The notes under the pieces were generated by a model, which saw only the letters and a list, made by a program, of their open reading frames with translations, was not told the DNA's origin and ran no database searches. DNA of 64,000 nucleotides from Balamuthia mandrillaris (lineage: Eukaryota), in the NCBI GenBank assembly GCA_031835245.2, contig JAVKOQ020000009.1, positions 1 through 64,000 on the forward strand, written 5' to 3'. The position numbers and the translations under genes are program-made. Positions 1-10,154 of the stretch are shown in pieces; positions within the stretch are counted from its first letter, which is position 1, and each line of letters opens with the position of its first letter.

Positions 1-114
1 TCTCTCTAATAAGGTTCTTCTTTCAAAAGAAACAGAGAAGATAAGAACGAACCAATCAGGAACAACCGGTACACTGAAGCAAAAAAATCATAAGAACAAT
101 ATTTTGGCAAGCGG

Positions 115-707
115 TTGTATTTGCAAAAGAATTTTGTTTCAAGAGTAGAGGTGAGCAGGGCCATAACCCCCTGTCAAGGTTCGCAAGGCCTTGAGCTCAG
201 AAATAAATCTTCTTTTCCCTTCCTTCCGTCTGCCCTCTTGTTGATTCTAGCCCAATTGTTTTATTGGGCTCGGTACAAACAACAACAACAACAAACAGAA
301 GATAATATATCTATTCCTGCTGTCTTTGACCAACCATCACCATTAAACAATAACAATAACAACAAAGAGGTAACAATAGCAACAGCAGCAGCAGCAATAG
401 AAGAGGATGATGAAGTAACAATTGTCTCAATATCATCATCCTCATCAGCAACATCTTTCAATCATCACTTTGCTCCCTATCAGGCTCTCAACACTCAGTC
501 ATTCCTTCGCAAGCAGTTTTTGGATCATTATTTGTTAAAAACACCACCACCAGCTACTGTTGTTGCTTCTGTTTTTGTTATTGTTGTTGATAACCCTGTA
601 GAGCTCTTTTCACCTCCTCCATTTTCTGCATCACCCTTTTCATCCACTACTACCACCATTACCACCACTTCATCATTTACTCAATCACAACCATAACAAT
701 GACAACG

Positions 708-745
<38 letters not shown>

Positions 746-3692
746 CTTTAGAAAGGATGACCTCTTCTTCTTCTTGTTCTTCTTCTTCTTCTCCCCCTTT
801 TTCTCCTCCTTCTTTTTCTTCTTTTTCTTCATCTTCTTCTTCTTTTTCTCCTTCTTCTTCTTCTTCTTCTTTTTCTTTTTCTTCTTCTTCTTGTTCTTCT
901 TCTTCTTGTTTTTCTTGTTCTTCTTCTTCTTCTTCTTCTTCTTCTTCTTCTTCTTCTTCTTCTTCTTTTTCTGCTTCTTCTTCTTCAAATTCAGAGTCCT
1001 TTGTCTTTGAGAACAATGATGGTGATGTTATGGATAGTGGCAGTGATAGTAATTTATCAGCATCATCATCATCCTCATTAAGAGGAAGAAGAGGAGGAGT
1101 AGAAACAGAGGAAGATGCAACAAGCAAAACAACAACCCCACCAACATTGATAGATTTGTTGTTGTTGACAGAAGATGAAGAAAAAGATGAGGAAGAACAC
1201 AAAGAAGATAAACTAGGAAAAAAGAGAAAAATAGAGAAACAACAAAATAGAGCTAGAACAAATGATGATAATGATGATGATACTACACATGGCAGCAGTA
1301 GTAGTAATGGTGGTGGTGATGGTGGAGGAAGACATCTTTCTCATGCTATCACATTGATGAACCGTTTGACAGAAGAGTGGTGGACAGAGTTGACAGCAGT
1401 GATGAGTTGATGGAGCCCTTCTACCCAACATAAACATGCCTGGACTTTGACCATCTGGGAAGCACATTGTGCACATCATAAATGTTTGCCAGCTCTTCCT
1501 TTGAATCTCCAATGTCATAATGTAGGAGCCTTTGTTCAATGGTTGATTTTGGATGTGAGTTATGCCTTGAGCTCTGTGCATGATATCATGATTGCCAGTC
1601 TTTATCATTTGCATGATGAAAGTATCCAACAATAGCTTGACTCCCTTTCTGCATCCTCCTCCTTCTCCTCTTCCTTCTCCTCCTCCTCCTCCTCCTCTGT
1701 TTCCTCCATGATCTCTTTAACTCCAGCATCATCATCACGTACCACTTCTCCTCCACCTTCTCCTTTATCCAGAACCATTCTTGGTGATGGTGTCACTCAA
1801 GTTGCAAGATCAGGCTGTTCAGGCTGGTTATCCTGAAGGATTGTTTTCCTTTCACTCCTTGCGTGCTGGCTTCCTTTGCACTGCCTTGATCTTGGAGGGA
1901 CTGCAGGAAGGTCACAGTCAGAACAATGTACTGGATACTACTGCCCTTATCACAGATTGGGTATCTCGTGGTAGATCCCAGCAAGTCTACGTCAAGGATA
2001 CATTAAAACATGCTATTGTGGCCAATCGCTTGGTCAGCAATGTTACTACTCATCCTCATTCTTCTTCTTTTTCTTCTTCTTCTTCTTTGTCATCTTCATC
2101 CTCTGTTGCAACTACCACTGCTGATTATCATCCTCCTCAACATTGCAGTTCATTACTGCTCATCTGATTTTTGTTTTTTCTTTTGTTTTTTCTTTAGCTG
2201 GGCTGGCTGCTTGACCAGCGTCAATAAACCACTACTACCACCACCATCACCACTACCACTTGATGGACTGACTTGCTCTCTTTTTGATTCTTTTCATCCT
2301 CACTCCCTTGCATGCATACAGTTATTGCTCCAGAGCTAGTTACTAAAGAGGCATTTCACAATCTATCCTCAGATGCTTTGCAACAATCCAACTGGTCTGC
2401 AGATACCAACTATCAGAGTTTTATTCATGCTGTTTGCCAACGGTTTGTTTGTGTTTGTTTGTTTGTTTTGTTTGCATAGTATTCACCACCATCACCACTA
2501 TCTATCTATCTATCTATCTATTTATCTATCCAGTCAGTCATGGCTTGTTTGTTTGCTTGCTTGCTTGTATTCAAAAATGCACCCTTAGACCTAGCGCTCA
2601 GCTAGAACACACAGGTTTATTGTGGCAGCAACAACATTCATAGTCTAAACAATAATTGTTATGATTGGTCTTGGTTTATTTGTTCTTCTTTTGACATTCA
2701 CTCACACTTTGTTTTTTGTCTCTTTTCCCTTTTTCTTTCTTTTCCTCTTTCTTTCTCTCACTTTCTCTTTCTCTTTCTCTTTCTCTTTTTTTCTTTCTCT
2801 CTTTCTCTTTCTCTCTTCTTCTTTTACACTGCTTCTTTAGGTAGTTCATGAAACAAACAGATTTGCCAACCAAAGATCAACAAATACGATTTTATTGCTC
2901 CTTGTGGCTTGAATGTTGTACTGCTTGGGTAGAAAATCATCCAGATGAGTTTGATAAGGATGTGCTAGCTGAAGCTGCAGCCACCTATGAGGCCAAAAAC
3001 AATCTCCTCTTCGTTGGCCCAATATTCATCGCCAGCTGTGCCATCAACACATCTCTAGCATTCTACAAAGCTTTTTCAGTGGCTTGAATGAGCTGGTGGA
3101 TGAGTTTGTAGCTCTTATACTTCCTGAGTTGGTCAATGGATCACCCATTCACAAAGCATTCCTCACCCCTCATCAAGAGCAATCATCCTCCTTCCTTGCT
3201 TCTCTCAGTGATGACGATGACAAGAGTCCTGACTCAAAAAAACAAACACCATGACAACAATGAGTTCGCAGAGCGCTTCAGCAACAACAATTGTTATCCA
3301 GTCAACTCAAATATTGGAAGAATGGCCATCAGCAACGGATCACTTGGCAGGCACCAGAAATCCGTAGACTTGTCACTTGGTGCTTGTGTGATGAATGGTC
3401 TTGGTTGGAGTTTGCCAAACACTTGCCTACCCAACATCGAACCAACAATGATTGCTATGATAAATGGCGCAATCTCCTCACAGAATTCTCCAACAATCTA
3501 GACACTTTGAAGGCCAAATACTTGGTGGCCCATGATGAGGACTTTGATAAATCAGATGATGATGATAATAACAACACTTTCTCTCCATCATCATCTCCTA
3601 CTTCTACTACCACTATAGTTATATCCATCTTGGATGAAGAGGAAGAGACAGAGGAGAATGATGATGATGATATTATGATTATATCTTGTTAG
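115..3692 (+). pseudogene. Tyrosine recombinase A with C-terminal Myb/SANT domain (intron-containing, disrupted)
   Basis: Frame 1 at ~1390-1620 reads *WSPSTQHKHAWTLTIWEAHC..VGAFVQWL..YALSSVHD..SLYHLH, resembling a YR core-binding domain. 1795-2040 reads FSFHSLRAGF..TALITDWVSRGRSQQVYVK (HxxR at 1853-1864, W, Tyr 1988-1990). 3318-3480 reads ITWQAPEIRRLV..WSWLEFAKHLPTQHRTNNDCYDKWRNL (Myb). Intron-like pyrimidine tracts at ~2440-2590 and ~2675-2840. Confidence 0.75.
757..990 (+). repeat. (TCT)n / poly-Ser low-complexity tract, preceded by (CAA)n at ~697-743
   Basis: Direct reading of sequence. Confidence 0.95.
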
Positions 3693-3832
3693 ATTATATA
3701 GGTATTCCTATACAAAAATTGAAAAAATTGCAACTTTGGCCCACTTTATCCATTAGACTTATAGACTTAGAGTTTTATAGAATGGACCATGGGGAGTTGA
3801 ATGCTGTAGGTTCTGAGTACCCGCCCTTAACC

Positions 3833-5400
3833 CTAAGCCTCTATTTCATATTCTTCATCTTCTTTTTCCTCTTTTTCTGTTTTTTCTTCTTTTTCTTCTT
3901 TTTCTTCTTCTTTTTCTTCTTTTTCTTTTGTTGCTTCTTCTTTTGCTTCTTTTTTTTCTTTCTTATCATCTTTTTCTTTTCTGTTTTTTCTTTGTTGCTT
4001 ATTTTGTAGTATTCTACTTTCTGTTTTCTTTTTTTGTCTCTTCCATTCTTGATCACTTGTTGAAGTTCGTACAGGTCGAGTGACTACCATTTGTCTTGAA
4101 GCAAAAGGACTGTTTTGGTTTTGTTGATGTGGTTGTAACAAAAGTTGAGCATGAGTTTCACTTGCTTGTTGAAAGTGTGAAGCCAAGTGCTTCATTTCTG
4201 GTGCTCCCAAGATCTTAAGTACTTCTTGTGAACGCTTGAATGTTGAGTGTCTATTGTAGTGATTTTGCATAACTCTTTTTGTGACGTTCAAATAGGTACT
4301 TACTCCATCTTCAAAGTCCTCTTTTGATTGGCCACACAAATCCAAAGGATGTTCTTCATTGTTGATATGAGTTACAGTTGTTTGCCAAAATTGAATGGGT
4401 GTGATATGTAGAAAGGAGTTAAATGTTTTTACTTGATGATAAACCTCTTTAGCAAAGTAGTTTAATTCCATAGCATTGCCGTTATCTTCAACTCAGATGC
4501 ACAATGGATCAAAGTTGACTTGTGGATTTTGAGTAGAAGGTATCAATAACCAAGGTCGAATTTTGAGGAGGAAGAGTTGAAAGAAGGAGTGTAATTCAGT
4601 AGGAAGAGGTACTTGATCTGTTTTTCTTATCCTCTTTTCCTTGCCTACTGATGCATAAAAACTTATGGTCTTGCTTCCATCTTCATTGTTGCTTTCTTCA
4701 TAGAACAATTTATCTTGATGAAGCCCTCAAACTACTTCTCTTCTAACACCTTGCATTAAGTCTGTTGTCATGTTGATGAGACAGCGTTGAGCTTGCCATG
4801 CTGCCTTCTTCAATCCCCAGAGTTGAATATCTTCTTCTTTTTCATCATTATCCTCTTTTTCTTCTTCTTTTTTTTCTTCTTCTTCTTCTTCTGTTTCTGT
4901 TTCTTTATCTTTTTCTTTGGTTTTGTTTTTGATGGACCCAAAATATGTTTGCACAATCTTATTCCATCTTTGCAAATTCCATTCACCAAAAGCAAGATGT
5001 TCTTGAGGTACAAAGAATTGACCAGAAGATGTCATCTCACTTTCATTGTAGATCATGGAAGTATGTGTTCGTAGTTGCATCTTTGCATCCTGAGCAGATT
5101 CATGCAAGAATCTTTGAGCTGCATTGATAGAAAGAAGATGCTTAGACATGGTCTCAAAAGTCAACAACCAATGTAACGTCTTTGATAGATGAAGCAGATG
5201 ATTAATACTTTATATATTTATAAAGTTAGTGACAGGTTAAGTGTTTTTTTTGTTATCTTTTAAGCAATACTAAAGATTCTTTATTGTTTTCTTGTTTTCA
5301 TTTAAATACACTTTCTTTTGTTCACTTTTTTGTTTCCTTTTGTTAGAACCTGAGCATAGAACCAAGACAGGAACCAAGAGAAAGACTGGAGCATTTAATG
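3833..5400 (-). pseudogene. Tyrosine recombinase B (divergent, disrupted by nonsense codons; 5' end uncertain)
   Basis: ORFs 4727-5167, 4493-4708 and 3833-4471 share one frame separated by single TGA codons. Motif order: QGVRREVV (Arg I), GKEKRIRK..VPLP..LFLLKIRPWL (Lys/box region), ITPIQFWQTTVT (eroded xxxR box), STYLNVTKRVMQNHYNR (catalytic Tyr ~4257). A further upstream piece reads LQSFSWFLSWFYAQ (~5350-5393). Confidence 0.65.
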
Positions 5401-5588
5401 AGAAGAAGAGAACAAGTGTGTTTGTGAGTGTGTTGTTTCTTCATTTGTTCATCTGTTTGTTCTTGGTTGTGAGAAAAGTATTTATAGTTGAGAAGGCAAC
5501 CAAGGAAGGAAAGGGGCTCGGGGTTAGGGAGTGACTTCTTGGTTTCTTTGTTCTTAAGTTTTAGGCTCAGGAAAGTTCCAGAGAAGGC

Positions 5589-5943
5589 ATGTTGGAAAAC
5601 TCCAACATAATAGCCCTTCTTCTCTTCCTATCGACCTCTCCCTCATGCCTGTCGACCTGAGGAAACCTCTCGGTGTCCAACTTCTCCTTTCTTGAACTTC
5701 TCCTTTCTTGTTGTTTTCTCTCTCTGCCCTTTTATGCTGATATTCTCTGTTCTTCTTTTTTGGATATTTGTTCTAGCTTAAATACTGCCTCTCCTTGCTT
5801 CTTCTTCTTTTTCCTCTCGGGACAACTTACAACAAAACACAAGATACTTTACTATCACTTGTACTCTTCACTTTTAGTAAATTAAGTTCGGGTCTCGTAC
5901 TTACTTTGTCTCCGCCATCATTCCCGTTCTTATTTTTTACGAC
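5589..5943 (+). repeat. Direct repeat copy 1 (~330-350 bp; partner 6504-6818)
   Basis: Both copies begin tgttggaaaactccaacata and share a near-identical 3' half (cttaaatactgcctctccttgc..ggacaacttacaacaaaacacaagatacttt..ctttgtctcc..gttcttatttt). Confidence 0.95.
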
Positions 5944-6503
5944 AGGCAGGAGAAAGATCTTCGGAATGGCTTGATGTTGACATAAAAGATTAATGATAGC
6001 TGATGTGAGATTGTTGACAGAAAAGAGAAAAGAAATGAAGAAAGAAATGAAGAAAGAAATGAAGAAAGAGTTGGTTATGTTGGCAGTTGCCAACACTTTG
6101 TTAAATCAAGCTTCACAAACATTTTTTAAATTTACTAGTAAAAAGTTTCTTTTTTCTCTTTTTTTTAAACAAAATGAACATCATTAAAAAACTTTTTTTT
6201 TATTTTTTATTAACATTATAAATATTTGATATTCAATAACTATGAACACAAAAATGATTAACAAAATTAATTTCAAATGTTTTTTTTTCAACAGAAAAAT
6301 AATTTCCAAAAAGATATACCCTTTTTTGTTTAAGAAGTGTTTTATATAAAATCACAAACACTTTACAAAACTTCTACTGAATAAAAAACAAAGCCTTAAC
6401 AGAAAAGAACTGGTTGCCTTCTCATTTCTCTTTTTCTCTTTCTTGAACCATTCTCTCTTCATCTCCTTTTTCCTTCTATTACAACAACTCTACCTCCAAA
6501 TAC

Positions 6504-6818
6504 TGTTGGAAAACTCCAACATAGTAGCTCTTCTCTTCTTTTCTAGTGACTTCTCCTTCCTGCTGTCAACCTGAGAAACATTCCCTTTCTTGATGTTTCC
6601 ATTTTCTTTGTCTTCTGTTTTATGCTTTACTCTTTTATGGATCTTTCTTCTAACTTAAATACTGCCTCTCCTTGCTTTTTCTTCTTTTTCCTCTCAGGAC
6701 AACTTACAACAAAACACAAGATACTTTACTATCACTTGTACTCTTCACTTTTAGTAAATTAAGTTCAGGTCTCATACTGACTTTGTCTCCACCATCATTC
6801 CTGTTCTTATTTTACAAC
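6504..6818 (+). repeat. Direct repeat copy 2 (CpG-eroded)
   Basis: Aligns by eye to 5589-5943; many 3'-half differences are CG->CA/TG. Confidence 0.95.
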
Positions 6819-7233
6819 AATACCCTTCTTACATCCACTAGGCTACCTTCCACAGAACCAGCAGCCAGCCAGTACCACACAAACCAACTTAAAGGGGATA
6901 CTAACAACAACTCCTCCCAAGAGCCTACCAGGAAAGCTTTTACATCATGATTCCTCCTCAGAGGCCCACACACAAAAGGTCAACCTTACTAGTTATAACT
7001 AAATTTGCTAACCAAATATTGGTCCAACGGAAAAGCAATAAAACTAGTTCTTTTTAAGTCATGTAAATAGATTTGATAATTGTTTTGTGATACAGTTTGG
7101 TCTTATGCTGGTGTGTTGTTATTCTGGTCATTATCTCCAAGTGCAATTGAAGCAAACATGGGTGAAAAGCGATCATAAAATTGTTCCTTTGTTGTCTGCT
7201 CACAATATTGAAGGGGAAGAAGATTGGTTGTCT

Positions 7234-10065
7234 TTAGTTACTGTCAAAATGGAGCAAAGTAAAGAGAGCATAACGTACTATTATGGTGTGGTTATCAGCT
7301 AGGATTCCTTGGTTCAAAGTATTGATGGGTGTTGGCAAGCGGGTATTGGACAGGAAATAGAAAAAGAGCTCAAACTTCTGAGTAGGAAAAAAGTCCTGTG
7401 CTTGCTCAGTAGCCCTTTTCTCTATGTATATCTCACCTGGCATCACACCTGCACTCTTTGCCTTCTGCCAAACTATTGTGCTCTTCAACTCGTTCAGACA
7501 AACAAAGGTCTTGCCGTTTTCCTGACCAGGAAAGGTGTAGATATTATCACTGGCAGGCCAGTTACGCCCAATCCACAAGCTGACAGATTCCTTGTATAGG
7601 TCAACAGGATTGCGCCTCTCCACCACTGGAACAGCAGCACCCACCTTCGGCAGTTGTTCTTCTTTTGAGTTGTAGGCTGTCATATAACTGAGGACGATAG
7701 GTCTGTGCTTCAGTGTATCACTCATGAGTGCACCTGAGAACCGCTCTCCAAACGTTGTCTCTTTGATTCCAAGATCTAGCAACAGGTTGTTTTCAAAGAC
7801 CTCAAAGTCTCTTGCGAATTTTTCTAAATCCTAGGTAGAATTGGCATCAATTGGCAAAAAGTAATTAATAAAATGCAGGTGGGAGGGAAACAGAAATGTG
7901 ATTGTGAGAGGAAGGGGAAAGGTCCTTACTGAAGATTTTACAACAGGCCTGTAGGTCACAAAGTTGGGATCAAACAGTATCAGCCTGTTGTTGAGTGCAG
8001 CAGCGAACGCCAGGGGCATGATCACCTGGTAAAGATGAAGTTGAGGTTGAGAAGGCTTCAGGAAGAGCAAGCCGTCTCTTTCAAGTATGTTGAGAGGGAC
8101 ACCATCCACTGCTTCTGTTTTCTTGACCTCTTTCCCACTCAAGCAGAGCCTGACGAGGGTTCTGACACCATTTGGTGACAAAACATGGTTGTCTATGCTG
8201 TACATATCTCCGATGGTTTTGACGGTAGCCTTGAAAATGTCTTCATAGCTGCAAGCGGAGTTGTTCGGCTGGGAGCGGATGGCTGCAACCAGAAACTGTA
8301 ACCCCCTCGCCACACCGCCCACCGTCCCGATGAGACTGTTTGGGATATCATCACGATTTAGAGCAGAGCGTACGATCTCTTGGCTGGCTTCGAGACTCAG
8401 GGGGCCAATAGGCAGGCTGCGCAAAGCGTAGTGTGTGGCTGGAAAGACACCAATATCCGCGAGTGACAGTGTGCCAGAGAACACGGGAACAACATGGATA
8501 TTCCACGCGGCCAACTTTAAGCACGTGCTCATGATACAATCAGCAATCCGGCGTATCAGTATTCGGTCTTTGTTCTTTGGGTTTGTACGGAGAAGCACGA
8601 TGTCCTCTTCGGTGATCTTCGTCTGGAACTCGTCAATGTTGAGGATGATCGTCAGTCTGTCTTTTGTGCCCACGCCGACACCAAAGCGTTGGCGCAGTGC
8701 TGAGACGACTGCAAGGAAGGTAGTGCAGCGATCGAAATTAGTGCCATCGAGGCAACCCCGGATGGCACCTACTGGGGCTCGCGGAAAAAAGCCTTTTGCA
8801 ACCAACGAGAACAAGAAAGCTCTCTCAATGTTCTCGGGGTTGTTCCAATCAGAAAAGTAGTCACCGTTTGAGAAGTCGAGGTAAAATGTGTGGGCTTTGC
8901 TGGCGTCTTCAAGGCCTGCGAGCAGTGCCTCATACACTTCTTGGGCAGTGACGGAAGCCGCACGTGCCAGGAGTATCTTGCTAAGATAAGAGAGGTAGCG
9001 CGGCGCATTTTGGGTAAGCTGCGCTCTGACATGGTTGAGCATGGTGATAGAGAGCCGAGTTTTGCCCACTCCGCTGTGTAACAATAGAAATGATTTGGTG
9101 AGATGGGCTGATTTTGAACCAACAACAGCACGATGACAAAAAACATGTAACCCATCATACAGTGAAGACAGTCACCTTCCACCAGTTATGGCGATTAGCA
9201 ATTTGTGCTTCTTGTGGGCCGATTGGAGAAAAAAACCCACAAAGTCATCACAGAATGCTTCGGTGAGTTGTTCCACCTCATATTCTCGATCCATGAAGTC
9301 AAATTCCATCTCGGTGATATGTTCAGGCGGTCGGGGGGCCTGGTGCGTTTGCAATATTAGAGAAGGGGAATTGCGTGAGTTGAGCCCCAAAAAAAAAAAG
9401 GCTACACGTCAATGACGCACCCCCTCAAAGTCTAAGGAAGGATTCTGTTCCGCGAGCTTCTGGAAGGTCCTCTCCACAATGAACGACGAGTCATCTTTCA
9501 ACTCCTGTATCGCGTGGTAAATGACACTTCCACCCAAACTTCCAAATTCTTTTTGTAAATCATCTTTGGTAAGTTGAGACACACGCTTGCCATTCAGCTG
9601 CGCAAATGCAGGAGCGAAGCAAGCCAAGTCTTCCTGTTGTAACCACGACTGAATCTCTTGTGCAGACCATTCTTCGAGAGGCCTTGAAGCTGGGATGTGT
9701 AGGCAAGCGTAGCAACCACAATAAGCATGCTTCTAGAATGGAAGCTATGAAACACAAAAACACTTGCCTTTGACCGTAGGGCCATTGTCATTTTGACCAA
9801 AGTTTGTAGAAACATAGAACTGGCGTTGTAGATGGAGAGGGGAAAGTGTCTGCTGTCGCTGGTTGTTGACGCAGTGCACTGATCGTAAAACTAATTGAGC
9901 TGGGTCAGTGAGACAAAGGGAAGACAAAACATGGCTAATGAGTCTACCTTTGGCAGGGTAAGTTGAGAGGACACCCAACGACCTGGAGAAAGTGGCGCGC
10001 GGTGATGCCAAAGAGCAGCAAGGTGCGGTAAAAGAAGCGAGGGACAAAAGACGTGGGTATTGCAT
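7234..10065 (-). CDS. Crinkler-RHS-type effector: presequence-like N-terminus + SAM domain + P-loop NTPase + restriction-endonuclease-like C-terminal domain (multi-exon; 3' end uncertain)
   Basis: SAM-like LEEWSAQEIQSWLQQEDLACFAPAFAQLNGKRVSQLTKDDLQKEFGSLGGSVIYHAIQEL. FMDREYEVEQL, Walker A ITGG-S-GVGKT restored by splicing, Walker B IILNIDEFQ, TVGGVARGLQFL. C-terminus DLEKFARDFE..NWPASD..CLNELK resembles PD-(D/E)xK. Confidence 0.75.
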
Positions 10066-10154
10066 TTGCCCAGTTGGCCAGAAGAAACCTTTGGCTTTGT
10101 TCTGAACGTTCCTTGCTTGAGGGTTGCTTTGATTGAAATAAAAAGCCCCTACCA

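Larger units (their letters stand above)
1..7000. mobile_element. Degenerate AT-rich element carrying two convergent tyrosine-recombinase genes (Crypton-like/unclassified); left end probably outside the window, right end approximate
   Basis: Two distinct YR-like reading frames tail-to-tail (stops at 3692 and 3833). Many in-frame stops, strong CpG depletion relative to genes beyond 8 kb, and an internal ~330-bp direct repeat. Confidence 0.7.

Noticed and set aside
677..1202. Poly-K, poly-E and poly-F ORFs
   Set aside because: Alternative-frame readings of the (TCT)n tract in recombinase A; no independent coding evidence.
1408..4729. Stop-codon reassignment (TGA read-through) in the YR genes
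   Set aside because: Host genes use the standard code with TGA stops, and the stops co-occur with frameshifts and CpG decay, so pseudogenisation is simpler.
5479..5486. TATAAATA on the - strand as promoter of recombinase B
   Set aside because: Lies in sequence that reads as open, protein-like frames continuing upstream, so it is probably coding.
5589..6818. LTR retrotransposon or CRISPR array
   Set aside because: Only two copies, no TG..CA ends, no gag/RT between them, and no repeat-spacer periodicity.
1..7000. DIRS retroelement or endogenous virophage/polinton
   Set aside because: No RT/RNaseH, capsid, packaging ATPase or polB recognisable in the window; cannot be excluded for sequence left of base 1.
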